Shown: positions 28,127 through 37,816 of the stretch, piece after piece | How the letters are laid out: each line of letters starts with the position of its first letter | Numbering within the stretch: the stretch's first letter is position 1 | From: a virus | IMG/VR virus record: IMGVR_UViG_3300046820_000903 | Span: 18,292-82,291 of that record | Strand: one strand, 5' to 3' | Length of the DNA: 64,000 nucleotides | Translations under genes and position numbers: made by a program | Notes under the pieces: generated by a model | What the model was told of the DNA's origin: nothing | The model's input: the letters and a program-made list of their open reading frames with translations, nothing else | Databases searched by the model: none

Positions 28127-28900
28127 CTGATGATTGCGTCGGACTATATCATTTTCATCGCACACTGATCCATGTTGGATCTCCACAATCTTACAAGGAC
28201 CACTAAAGGGATTGCTGATCCTGTGCCATTCACCCAATGGCACAACATAATGTTGACCTGCTGATATGGTCCTTGGTGGTAAATTGTAGCCACTGTGCAT
28301 TTCACCGTACACATCACACATGCCTGATACAATGTGCCAGTATTCGTGTCGAGACTCATGCTTTTGCATACTCAGGCTTTGACCGGGCTCAACCACCAGC
28401 TCTTTGACTTTTGTTGCCTGTCCATTGGTAGGATCATTGTATATGACCCGATATCCACCCCATGGCCGTTTTACAAATACACCTTTCCAATCACTTAGGA
28501 AATCACTGCTGGAACCGCGTTTATCTTCGCCACCAATGCCAAACTTAAAAATGATATCAGTCACAGCCATTTCTGGAATGTTGGTGGCTGTACGATCACC
28601 CCCATTGGCAAATATGATTTGATCGCTGGGGTATTCTTTTTTAACACGTTCCAATAAATCTGTAGCTGTATCGTCATTGTCATCCCAGCTCAAGACTTGA
28701 TCCACTTGTTTTAAATTGCCAACAACTTCAGCACGATGATACCAGGGCATAAAGGCAGAACCTTTTTTACGTGCTAGCCAAACATCACTGTTGATGCCCA
28801 CAACAAGACAGTCGCCCAGCTCTGCGGCTGACTTTATCAATGAAATGTGGCCAGCATGAATAGGATCAAACCCGCCACTCACAACCACAACTCGCTTCAT
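28109..28900 (-). CDS. cytidylyltransferase fused to a mannose-6-phosphate isomerase-like cupin
   Basis: SGGFDPIHAGH and FANGGDR, followed by RPWGGY, SLSMQKHESRHEYW, WHRISNP and EIQHG...ENDIVR. Confidence 0.85.
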   Translation of the reverse strand: MKRVVVVSGGFDPIHAGHISLIKSAAELGDCLVVGINSDVWLARKKGSAFMPWYHRAEVVGNLKQVDQVLSWDDNDDTATDLLERVKKEYPSDQIIFANGGDRTATNIPEMAVTDIIFKFGIGGEDKRGSSSDFLSDWKGVFVKRPWGGYRVIYNDPTNGQATKVKELVVEPGQSLSMQKHESRHEYWHIVSGMCDVYGEMHSGYNLPPRTISAGQHYVVPLGEWHRISNPFSGPCKIVEIQHGSVCDENDIVRRNHQLTYRS

Positions 28901-29502
28901 AGTAATTTAGAAAACTTTTCTTTTACTTCTTCGTAGGTTGGATTATTTTCAAACCCAATCTGTACAAAATACAAATGTTCGCTGTTGAATCTGTTGTCAA
29001 ACATGACAACTTGATCTCCACGCATCATCCAGGCACCTTCTGGAATAAAAGTATCTTCATCCAGTGGGAAATCTCTTTTATTTCTATCTTCGTCCTTGAC
29101 TATTACATCCTTGGAGATCCATTTGACATTGGATGTTGGATGACTTGCAAGTGTCAGATTGAATAAACATTGTCTTGCAGGTAAATCATAATCAAAGATC
29201 TTGTCCACTGCTGGATTGAACGGCGTAGTACGAATACGACCTTGCCAAGGAATACTGATGCTGAAGGGTTTTAAATTGACAATGTTCAACAGCTCAATGT
29301 TTAATCCAATGTCTTCGATATGGTTGAGCAATTCAAACTGTCCTTGTAGGTCAGGTGTCATTCTAATCTTGCGTAACAGTCCAGTGATAGGATTGAAGTT
29401 GAGTGTTAATTTTTTAACCTGCTCCATGTCTGCCGCAAACCATTTGTTAAAGTTCTCAACATCAGTGCTATAGTTTTTTTGAATTAGGTGTGCTTTTTCC
29501 AT
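28897..29502 (-). CDS. hypothetical protein
   Basis: 201-aa coupled ORF. Confidence 0.65.
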   Translation of the reverse strand: MEKAHLIQKNYSTDVENFNKWFAADMEQVKKLTLNFNPITGLLRKIRMTPDLQGQFELLNHIEDIGLNIELLNIVNLKPFSISIPWQGRIRTTPFNPAVDKIFDYDLPARQCLFNLTLASHPTSNVKWISKDVIVKDEDRNKRDFPLDEDTFIPEGAWMMRGDQVVMFDNRFNSEHLYFVQIGFENNPTYEEVKEKFSKLL

Positions 29503-29505
29503 TTT

Positions 29506-30669
29506 TTACTCTAAATATAAGGGATTACTCAGGCATGTCATTAGCCCTTTTTTTATTCCGCCCAACTTGATCCAGTCATTGCCAACCAAGTCTGCTAATT
29601 TTTCTAGTCCAGCTGTATATATCTGAGTATGCTTGGCATGTGCGTCCTTCAAAAACCATTCGTCTCTGGGACTCCACATCAACAGCAAATCGTGTTTGCC
29701 ACTGGAATATGTATCTGCTGACCAGTCTTCATAGACCAAACGATGGCATCCGTCATTGGTCAGATACCATGTTTTACCGTTGACAACTGCATTGCCCAGT
29801 GCATTGCCTTTTCTATTGAGCCAGCGTGAATCAAAGTCCTCTACCGGAATATTTTTAAGATATCGCATTATAACATGTCCTTGCTTGCACAGTAGATCTT
29901 TGGCATCTGGGCTCCAAAAGAAGAACTCATCATGTTCCCAGTCTCTGTTTAGGCTCTGTGTGACTGGACTAACTGAGTTATCAACAATGTCAACAAAGCG
30001 GATGGCATAACGCCGATCCTTCTCTAGGTTAACTCTGGGCTTGTCCATGCCCCATACAAAACAAACACGCTTGCCTTGGGCAAACAGGTCCAAGTAGTCT
30101 TGATTCTTTTCTCTAATGTAGCGGCGAGCCAGTTGGTTGGGACTGAACACAGCATTTGCTTTGTATAGAAAATCAAACTTGTTATCATCCACACTAAACA
30201 GGTTGGGCTGATAGTCAATATGGTCAACTAATCTAAACTTTGTAGCAGGACTAGATTCTAGTATCTTTTCAGCCACCGGGATGGCCACACGCTTTACTTC
30301 GCTGTTGAGATAAGTGTCCCAAGAACCATCGCCGCCAAAGTTGTGGAATGTTGCTAACTCATCTACATGTAGCCCTTGATCAATAAATGCACGAAGCATG
30401 GTATAACTGTCAGCACCACCTGACCACCATAAGACCACATAGTCATAGCGTTCTCTAATTTGTCTGGCACGAGCTTGATATAACTGTTTTAAACTTTCAG
30501 CAGGTTCCACAGTCCAATCATACAGGCCAAATTCTTCATCATTAAAGTTCCAATGTACTGGAATAGCAGTGGCATTGCTTAACTCAATGGCTTCTACCTT
30601 GCTGTAAGTTTTGAACTTGCCAACTTGGTAAAAGCCAAACTTGTCCTTGCTTAAATGTGCGTTTAACAT
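29506..30669 (-). CDS. PP-loop (SGGxDS) ATP pyrophosphatase-like protein
   Basis: YDYVVLWWSGGADS motif; no QueC zinc-binding Cys cluster. Confidence 0.6.
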   Translation of the reverse strand: MLNAHLSKDKFGFYQVGKFKTYSKVEAIELSNATAIPVHWNFNDEEFGLYDWTVEPAESLKQLYQARARQIRERYDYVVLWWSGGADSYTMLRAFIDQGLHVDELATFHNFGGDGSWDTYLNSEVKRVAIPVAEKILESSPATKFRLVDHIDYQPNLFSVDDNKFDFLYKANAVFSPNQLARRYIREKNQDYLDLFAQGKRVCFVWGMDKPRVNLEKDRRYAIRFVDIVDNSVSPVTQSLNRDWEHDEFFFWSPDAKDLLCKQGHVIMRYLKNIPVEDFDSRWLNRKGNALGNAVVNGKTWYLTNDGCHRLVYEDWSADTYSSGKHDLLLMWSPRDEWFLKDAHAKHTQIYTAGLEKLADLVGNDWIKLGGIKKGLMTCLSNPLYLE

Positions 30670-31979
30670 TATGTTCCGTATTTTTTTCTAAAATTGATTA
30701 CCGACTGTACTTTTGCTGTTTGTAAAACTCTAAAGTTAAAATCTACTATGGTTTTTATTTTTATACTTGCTTCTAATTTTTTCTCGTCTGACCAAGATGC
30801 AATTTCTTTAATCAGTTCTAACACTTTAAAGAAACGTTGGGTATCATCTGTTTCTAGATCGTAGCTTTCATCCCAAATACTATTAAATGTAACAAACCCT
30901 TGTTCGCGCATTGCTTTTAAACTGCCACTGGTTGCAAACATAATAAATGGTTGCTTGTACGCAATAGGTTTGTAACTTTTTTCAGTCAAGTGTACAATGT
31001 TAGTAAAGAAGTTTGTTTCAGCAATAATATTAACAAAGCTGTTTTCATACAATTGTCTAGTAGAATCAAACTCGTCAAACATTAAATTCAACTTATGGTC
31101 AGGCGTGTCCAGTATTAGAGGAAGCTGTGCTTCAATGCCTGCTAGATCTTCATCTGATATAATATTCCTTGTGCTTAGTCTATTGAAGAATTGTCTGGCA
31201 TGATTGGTGTATGTGCCGCCGTTGTCAATTTCCAATTTGGAAAAGCTAATGTTAAAATGTTCCAGCAAGTTGTTCTTATACAAATAAGCCAGAATGAGTA
31301 CACGATGAGCCTGTGAGCCCCAGCGACGATTGAACATTAAAAACGTCTTGGACTTCTTGCCTATTGTATACTTGACTTCTTTGTTTTGTAAAATATCTTT
31401 ATAGATGTAAAAGTAAAACGGAAGATATTCAAACTGTAAGCCTTCGTTGGGCTTGCTGAATCGTTGACAATAGCTGTCATAAACTTCTTGACAATTAGGA
31501 CTGCATGTTAGATATATAACTTGTGACATTGGTAAACCACTGTTGCGAAAGTAGTTTTCTATCTGCATCAAGTCGCTGTCTTTTAAAATGCTTTCCAATG
31601 GACATGTTACAAGTAGGTATGCTGTTTTATTTTTAATGCGATTAAACACATTAGCTGGCAGCTGACTCCACCCTAGCATGCCTCCTAACTTGCCTGAGCC
31701 AAAAAACTCTTCTATGCTGTGCCACCAGTAATGATTGTACTCGTACAAGAAAGTTTCATTGGGTAAGTCACATATTGGATATGTTCTGACCAGTTCAGAT
31801 TTCTGAAGAAACTCATAACAGTTGGATGTTTGAAGCTCAAATTGAAGCTCATTGCCTACTCGCTTGAAATGTGTTCGGCCCGAAGCTCTGGCCATATCAT
31901 ACACATTGGGCGGACTATTATTGGGTATTGGATTGATTGGTCCAATCCAATCAAATACAAAATTAACCTTTTTGCTCAT
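30669..31979 (-). CDS. putative glycosyltransferase-like protein
   Basis: FLMFNRR...HR, VNIIAET..F...LTEKSYKPI, GFVTF...DESYD; the TEK motif recalls GT10-like enzymes; paralogue at 35795. Confidence 0.5.
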   Translation of the reverse strand: MSKKVNFVFDWIGPINPIPNNSPPNVYDMARASGRTHFKRVGNELQFELQTSNCYEFLQKSELVRTYPICDLPNETFLYEYNHYWWHSIEEFFGSGKLGGMLGWSQLPANVFNRIKNKTAYLLVTCPLESILKDSDLMQIENYFRNSGLPMSQVIYLTCSPNCQEVYDSYCQRFSKPNEGLQFEYLPFYFYIYKDILQNKEVKYTIGKKSKTFLMFNRRWGSQAHRVLILAYLYKNNLLEHFNISFSKLEIDNGGTYTNHARQFFNRLSTRNIISDEDLAGIEAQLPLILDTPDHKLNLMFDEFDSTRQLYENSFVNIIAETNFFTNIVHLTEKSYKPIAYKQPFIMFATSGSLKAMREQGFVTFNSIWDESYDLETDDTQRFFKVLELIKEIASWSDEKKLEASIKIKTIVDFNFRVLQTAKVQSVINFRKKYGT

Positions 31980-32640
31980 AGGTGTTGTAAAAAATAGTAT
32001 TGATAGCGTCAGCATAAATTTCTTTATAGCCATGTAAGACAAGAAGATTTCTAATTAATTTATGACTGCGTTGTATATCAGGGTAGTTGTCGTAGCCCGA
32101 ATGTATATCTGATAATTCTGCAATAATCATTTTAGGTCTAAAGTCCTCTAAGCTAAACGATTCAAAGACTTCTTGCTCATAACCTTCAACATCAACAACT
32201 AGTAAGTCAAAGTCTTTGCTAATATTATGTTTATGCAAAATAGTATCTAACTTAGTGGTCGGTACAATTAGTTCTGACTCGTTGTTAAAGTGTTTATGTT
32301 CAAAAATATTCTTGTGGGCGGCATGCATAGTATCGCTCAGTGTACTCAGTCCCCCAGCAACATGAATCTTTTTTTCGTTGTTACTATTTCCAATAGCACA
32401 TTGTTCAAATTGAACATTGTTGTTTTGATGTCGTTGCTTGCACTGGTCCATATGATCGGGTACAGGTTCTATGTAAATCCCAGTCCAACCTAGATCTGCA
32501 AGCCCGCTAGTATTAGAAAAAGATTCGCCATTAAATGCACCAACTTCAACAAAACAGCCGTTAGTTTTATTAAAATACTGTAGATAAATTTCTTTAAGAT
32601 TGGTTATTTGGCAAGTAGGAGATATTCTAATATTATTCAT
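31963..32640 (-). CDS. FkbM-family methyltransferase
   Basis: FVEVGAFNG..FSNT, GIYIEP and DLLVVDVEGYE. Confidence 0.88.
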   Translation of the reverse strand: MNNIRISPTCQITNLKEIYLQYFNKTNGCFVEVGAFNGESFSNTSGLADLGWTGIYIEPVPDHMDQCKQRHQNNNVQFEQCAIGNSNNEKKIHVAGGLSTLSDTMHAAHKNIFEHKHFNNESELIVPTTKLDTILHKHNISKDFDLLVVDVEGYEQEVFESFSLEDFRPKMIIAELSDIHSGYDNYPDIQRSHKLIRNLLVLHGYKEIYADAINTIFYNTYEQKG

Positions 32641-32673
32641 CGTTATTCAAGTCCTTTAACCAGTTATTTAATA

Positions 32674-33318
32674 CTATTGAACTATCAGCTCATAGTCTGT
32701 CACACTTACAGTATTTAAAACGTATAGAGCATCACAGTGATCTTTGAATCTTTCAAGGTAACCAAGAGATTCCATCAGTGCTCTGAAGCCTTCATAAGTT
32801 GTTCCAGTCTTGTACATATTAAACTCACTGATTTCTGCCCACACTATGCTAGGCCGTGCCGCACCAATAGAACTGAATACTTGATGTTCAGCACCCTGTA
32901 CGTCAATGTGAACAAAGTCTGGACTAGCATTATGCACAGAACAAAAGGTGTCTAAGGTAATACTGGGAACTGTATAGCCTTCGCCCCATTGCCAACGTTC
33001 ATTTAATAAGTTGGGTCCTGGTTCGCATACACTACCAGACCATGGCCATTCTTGTCCGTCTAGCACAGCACTGGGATAAAAGGTTAAATTCCCATTGGAA
33101 TTTGATACTGCCATATGGAAGTAGTTTATGCCATGCTCAACTGCTGTTTTTTTGTTTTGTGCTTCCCATGCACTGGCGCATTCAAATGCATAAAATGTCG
33201 CGGCAGGAAATTCGGCTTTGATTCGTCTGGTGTCATTCAAGTCTGCGGCACCTATGTCAAATATTACTGCGTTGGGCCTTAGGTTGGTGGCCAGCCATGT
33301 TAAATTAAGATTACTCAT
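32674..33318 (-). CDS. FkbM-family methyltransferase
   Basis: IFDIGA, YAFE, ITLDTF and DFVHIDVQGAE. Confidence 0.85.
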   Translation of the reverse strand: MSNLNLTWLATNLRPNAVIFDIGAADLNDTRRIKAEFPAATFYAFECASAWEAQNKKTAVEHGINYFHMAVSNSNGNLTFYPSAVLDGQEWPWSGSVCEPGPNLLNERWQWGEGYTVPSITLDTFCSVHNASPDFVHIDVQGAEHQVFSSIGAARPSIVWAEISEFNMYKTGTTYEGFRALMESLGYLERFKDHCDALYVLNTVSVTDYELIVQ

Positions 33319-34270
33319 TGATTTGTCCTTGTATCCAGTCGTATGTTTTATTCAACCCATACTCTAAGTTCTCACCAGGTGCCCAGCCTATTGTGTCTCG
33401 AATAAGTTTGTTGTGACTGTTGCGCCCCATAACTCCCGTTGGCCCATCTACATTTCTAATAGACACATTCTTGTATGCCAACTTGGCAATCAATAGAGCT
33501 AAATCATTGATGCTGATCATACGCTCGCTACCCAAGTTTAAAGGAAACTCGCAGTCGCTGGCCATGATGCGATGTATGCCTTCTATACACTCATCAATGT
33601 ACAAGAAGCTACGAGTTTGATTGCCTGGCCCCCATATCTCTACTGTGTCGCTTTCTGTGCATTGTGCTACCTTGCGACACAAGGCCGCCGGCGCTTTTTC
33701 TTTGCCGTTATTCCAAGAACCCCAAGGACCAAAAATATTATGAAAGCGGGCAATTCTTGCTCTGATGCCATAATTGCGAGCAAAACTCATGTACAGACGC
33801 TCACTGAATAACTTCTCCCATCCATATTCGCTGTCTGGGTCAGCAGGATACGCACTTTCTTCGCTCAGTAACGGATTGGCTGGATCCAGTTGGTTATGGC
33901 TGGGATACATGCAGGCGCTACTACTGTAGAACACACGAGTAACACCCTTCTTGGTCATTTCATGTACAATATTCAAATTGATCATTGCTGAGTTATGTAC
34001 AATGTCAGCGTCATGTTCACCAGTGAAGATATAACCTGCGCCGCCCATGTCCGCGGCCAGTTGATATATTTCGTAAATGTCTTCTGTTATCAATTGCTGT
34101 ACATTGGTTTGCACACGAAGATCCATAATATGGAATTCATCTGCATCTGTAGCACTGAACTCTGGATGCTTTAGGTCAGCACCAATTACATAGTGACCTA
34201 GTCGTTTTAAATCAGTCACCAAGTGACTTCCAATGAAGCCACCGGCTCCGCATACTAATACTTTTTTCAT
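33311..34270 (-). CDS. NAD-dependent epimerase, GDP-mannose 3,5-epimerase-like
   Basis: GAGGFIG, LAADMGGAGYI, SSSACMYP, YGWEKL, RFHNIFGP and EKAPAALCRKV. Confidence 0.88.
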   Translation of the reverse strand: MKKVLVCGAGGFIGSHLVTDLKRLGHYVIGADLKHPEFSATDADEFHIMDLRVQTNVQQLITEDIYEIYQLAADMGGAGYIFTGEHDADIVHNSAMINLNIVHEMTKKGVTRVFYSSSACMYPSHNQLDPANPLLSEESAYPADPDSEYGWEKLFSERLYMSFARNYGIRARIARFHNIFGPWGSWNNGKEKAPAALCRKVAQCTESDTVEIWGPGNQTRSFLYIDECIEGIHRIMASDCEFPLNLGSERMISINDLALLIAKLAYKNVSIRNVDGPTGVMGRNSHNKLIRDTIGWAPGENLEYGLNKTYDWIQGQINE

Positions 34271-35775
34271 TCTGATGGTTCTATAATAGTTGTTGAAGGC
34301 TGATTGTAGTTGCCTGTTTTGGCTATTTCTTTAGCCAATTTACTTACCTCATACTCTCTTTGACACCTGTCAATGAAGGTAACCATTTCAGGGAACACTT
34401 CCTTGAAGTTGGTACCATTGCGCTTGTCATGCTCTTGTATGTACAAATAAAAATCATGCCGGGCAACAACGTTTTCTCGTTTGTTTGGATCCTCAGCCTT
34501 GATAACGTTCAGTAGTCTTGCCAAGTTATCTACTTCATGCTGATAAAAGCCATCCTGATAGTCCACGTATTCAAATTGGCCCACATTTCCTGTCATCCAG
34601 TTCACATGCTTTTCCAATGTTTCTATCAGGCCTGGGCCTGCAATCAATGCACTTAAATGCCTGGGATGACGCAGGTATGGGAAGTCAAGTGTGACGCCAC
34701 GAAGGCCACTGACCTTATGTTCGGGTGTTGGTGATCTACGTATTGCAAGAATATCTTTTAAGAAATTTCTAAATTGTGGAATACTCAATATATTGAATGT
34801 ACACATGATTGTCACATCCAACTCTGGATAGCGTAGAGCCAAGTTCCATAAGTTGTAGTACCACTTGTTATAGTCCAGGCCTACACGAACATATTCGGCT
34901 TGCTTGCCCCATGTATCACAAGACGTAAAGATCTTTAAATTTCTAACCTTGCCTTCACGTTTAATTTGTTGACATTTCTCAAAGAACTTGTCAATGATGT
35001 CTTGGTCAACACCCAGGTTAGTATTAATGGCCAGTTCTAAGTCAGGATTAGGATTTTCAATGATCCAGTCTAGTGTGCGGAATGTTTCTTTGCTTAGTAA
35101 GGGTTCGCCTCCAGTAATACGAAATACCTTTAATTCAGGATATAGTGTAGGCCACCACTTCCACCATGCGTCGATATAAGGGTTGACGTCCTTATTTGGA
35201 ATAGGCATGCGGTTTGCGCTTTCCAACCAGGTAATATCTTGTGTGACAGATTGACTGAGTTTAATAGCACCATGGCGCTTGGCAGACTGCATTAGTGTAC
35301 TGCTGATCTCTGGACTGCAATAACCACATCCAAAGTTACATACATTACTAAAACTCACTTCCACGTAGGCTGGAACAACATCTGCATCCCAGGGCAGTTT
35401 AGAACTGGATTCTAAGAATGGTTCTCCCCAGACTGTATCAGCACTTTTCTTTGTACGATCCGAAACGTATGTGCCATCATTACCTGGAGCATCTTCTACT
35501 CGCCAGCAGTAGTCGCACTCTTTGGGACGTTGACCTTCCAGCATTAGTTTACGAGAGTGCTTCTTGTGCCAGGTATTGTGCAAGGCACTGGGATTGACTA
35601 CAATTTCCTCTAAGGGAATTTTATGTGGACTGGGATGATGACACGAGTGTGTTTGCCCAGTGGCCAAATGAATGGTTACTTGTTGCCATTTGGCCACACA
35701 ATAAGTGGGGCTGACCTTGTCCAATTCTTTATGAATACGGATCAGTCTGTCGTTGTATTGTTCGGTAATTGCCAT
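34267..35775 (-). CDS. radical SAM protein with N-terminal twitch/SPASM-like domain
   Basis: CVAKW...SCHH...ECDYCW, then CNFGCGYC and ITGGEPL; late motif at 35781-35787. Confidence 0.85.
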   Translation of the reverse strand: MAITEQYNDRLIRIHKELDKVSPTYCVAKWQQVTIHLATGQTHSCHHPSPHKIPLEEIVVNPSALHNTWHKKHSRKLMLEGQRPKECDYCWRVEDAPGNDGTYVSDRTKKSADTVWGEPFLESSSKLPWDADVVPAYVEVSFSNVCNFGCGYCSPEISSTLMQSAKRHGAIKLSQSVTQDITWLESANRMPIPNKDVNPYIDAWWKWWPTLYPELKVFRITGGEPLLSKETFRTLDWIIENPNPDLELAINTNLGVDQDIIDKFFEKCQQIKREGKVRNLKIFTSCDTWGKQAEYVRVGLDYNKWYYNLWNLALRYPELDVTIMCTFNILSIPQFRNFLKDILAIRRSPTPEHKVSGLRGVTLDFPYLRHPRHLSALIAGPGLIETLEKHVNWMTGNVGQFEYVDYQDGFYQHEVDNLARLLNVIKAEDPNKRENVVARHDFYLYIQEHDKRNGTNFKEVFPEMVTFIDRCQREYEVSKLAKEIAKTGNYNQPSTTIIEPSE

Positions 35776-35794
35776 AATGTTATTTAGTATGTAG

Positions 35795-37096
35795 TTAATC
35801 CCATAAGGTTTCAATTGCTTCTACAACTTGAGTTGAGATTAGTTGATCCATAAATGCCTTGTTGGTCAGCAGATGTCTATTGTGCTGTATTGTTGGTTGG
35901 CACTGGAGTAATAGTGCGGCAAAGTCTGCTTCACTTAGTGCAATGATACGCTTTAATGTACGAGTCAATTCAATTCCACGTTCTACAGGATCAGTTATGG
36001 CGTCATATGATTCATCTATATACGGGCCAAAGGTTTTAAATCCATACTCACGTAGCTGTTGTAAGAATCCCGGAGCACCTGCCAACAAGAATATTTGTCC
36101 GTGTAGCATGGGTTTAAAAATCTTTTCTGTGGGGAATATGGCATTGGTAAAGAAAAGTGTTTCAGTAACAAGATTTACAGGGTATTCATCGTATAGTGTG
36201 TTATTTAAATCCAGTGCGTAGTTGATGTCAAAGCGATCTGTGTCTGCTATCAGCGGAAGTTTATTATACACTTGATTAAAACTGTTGTCAAGATTGTCAA
36301 TGTAACCATTGCAACGATCTTTAAGTAGTTGCCATTGATAAGGCAAGTCAAAGTCTTTGCCTTCCCAATTGATATCAGGTTCCGTAAAATGCTTGGGCAT
36401 ACTGACAGCACCATGTTCTACAAGACCAAAGTGTTCCAGTAGCGTAACAAAGAATATGCGGTGCGGATACGGGCGCCTATTTAAACTCATAAAACGACGA
36501 GTACCAGGTTTCCATTTGGCCATTGGGATACCTAGTTCTGGCTTGTCCCTGTAGCGTTGATTAAAGTTAATCCAGTTGGCAAAGAATCCATACCAAGCAC
36601 ACTTCATTAACACTGGCATCTTGTTTCTGCGGCACCATTGTAGATACACAGATTCTACGTTGCAAGTACTGCTGACATACAGCACACGATCTGCTAAGTT
36701 GTATTGTGCTATCCAATTGGTCAAGTCTGGGAATACTTCTTCCGTAAAGCCCTCTTCTGAGTAGTCAATTATAATGCGACAGTTGGCGTCATGCAATGCC
36801 AGTAGTCTGTTGGGATTGGAAGCAAACCACGAGTCAATCAGGGCCAGCTTCTGCTGATTCCATCCTCCGTGTAGACCAATGATTACTACACCACGTTCTG
36901 TGGCTTTATATTCATTAAATGTTTTAAATTCATTTTGGCTTTTAAAGTAATTGAAAATGATGTAGTCTAGTAGCGGATCAATTGTAAAGTTCTTAGAGCC
37001 TTCTTCGGGTATGTACTGTTTCAAGTAACGGTTCCATAAGTTCTCATCTGTAAAGTCTGGGGCAATGTAATCGCCATACCACGTGATAGTTGTCAT
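35795..37096 (-). CDS. putative glycosyltransferase-like protein, paralogue of 30669..31979
   Basis: FMSLNRRPYPHR, VNLVTET.F...PTEKIFKP and GFKTF...DESYD. Confidence 0.5.
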   Translation of the reverse strand: MTTITWYGDYIAPDFTDENLWNRYLKQYIPEEGSKNFTIDPLLDYIIFNYFKSQNEFKTFNEYKATERGVVIIGLHGGWNQQKLALIDSWFASNPNRLLALHDANCRIIIDYSEEGFTEEVFPDLTNWIAQYNLADRVLYVSSTCNVESVYLQWCRRNKMPVLMKCAWYGFFANWINFNQRYRDKPELGIPMAKWKPGTRRFMSLNRRPYPHRIFFVTLLEHFGLVEHGAVSMPKHFTEPDINWEGKDFDLPYQWQLLKDRCNGYIDNLDNSFNQVYNKLPLIADTDRFDINYALDLNNTLYDEYPVNLVTETLFFTNAIFPTEKIFKPMLHGQIFLLAGAPGFLQQLREYGFKTFGPYIDESYDAITDPVERGIELTRTLKRIIALSEADFAALLLQCQPTIQHNRHLLTNKAFMDQLISTQVVEAIETLWD

Positions 37097-37114
37097 GCTG
37101 ATACTTATAGTCAA

Positions 37115-37166
37115 AGAAAAACCCCAACGTGCCAGGATGATCAGTCCGCAGAGGTTGGGGCCGTGT
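37115..37166 (-). terminator. structured intrinsic terminator-like element after the endolysin gene
   Basis: CCCCAAC...GTTGGGG stem followed by TTTTTCTTT on the minus strand, enclosing an inner hairpin. Confidence 0.6.
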
Positions 37167-37170
37167 TAAC

Positions 37171-37806
37171 TTATTTGCTGTCAGTGTGAACTGATCGTAA
37201 TACTTCTAGTATATGATGAAAGTGTGCAGTACGATCAGCTAAGCCAATTGTGCCACCGTTGATCTTTTTAGTGACTGTTGTTACATCTTCCTTGTCAGCC
37301 CATGTATTCAACTTGCGAGTATCCCAGAACCAACCTGCACTTAGTACAGCCACTGGGTTCTTGGCAACTTGATCTGGGTCTGCTACTAAGTCTAAGCCTA
37401 GTGCTTTACCACATGATTTGTAGTTGTCTTTACCTGTCAATTGAATTACACCGCGCCCGCGAAACTTGTAGCCTTCGCCTGATGCCTCATTGCCATTGCC
37501 CATACGGTCGCAATAGGCTCTGTTTGCAATCTTTTCTGGCTTACGTGCGTATTCGTCTGCAACACCTGCAAACTTCTTAGGCCAAAAAGCCAACAATGCT
37601 TTGGCTTGATAGTTTAAGTTTTCTTCTACTGCATTAAAGTTACCACTTTCGTGGGCAGTTTGTGCAATAAACATGGCCTGTCTTTCGGGCGTATTGATTT
37701 CAAAGTGTTCAAACGTTTCGTTTAGTCCTTCTAAGAACATAGACAAACGTTCTGACTTTGCCTGGGGCAAACATGCTTTTAACACATCCAAAGTTAATTC
37801 TGACAT
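37171..37806 (-). CDS. glycoside hydrolase family 19 endolysin
   Basis: AMFIAQTAHESGNF...EENLNY, GYKFRGRGVIQLTGKDNY, SAGWFW and TKKINGGTIGLADR. Confidence 0.92.
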   Translation of the reverse strand: MSELTLDVLKACLPQAKSERLSMFLEGLNETFEHFEINTPERQAMFIAQTAHESGNFNAVEENLNYQAKALLAFWPKKFAGVADEYARKPEKIANRAYCDRMGNGNEASGEGYKFRGRGVIQLTGKDNYKSCGKALGLDLVADPDQVAKNPVAVLSAGWFWDTRKLNTWADKEDVTTVTKKINGGTIGLADRTAHFHHILEVLRSVHTDSK

Positions 37807-37816
37807 AAATGTCTCC

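Noticed and set aside
29506-30669. PP-loop SGGADS protein as the missing QueC
   Set aside because: It is much longer than QueC, the motif is about 80 aa from the start, the C-terminal zinc-binding Cys cluster is absent, and it lies in the glycan island. Kept as a generic PP-loop protein.
37125-37160. Hammerhead ribozyme
   Set aside because: CTGATCA resembles the CUGAUGA core, but the GAAA and three-stem junction are missing.
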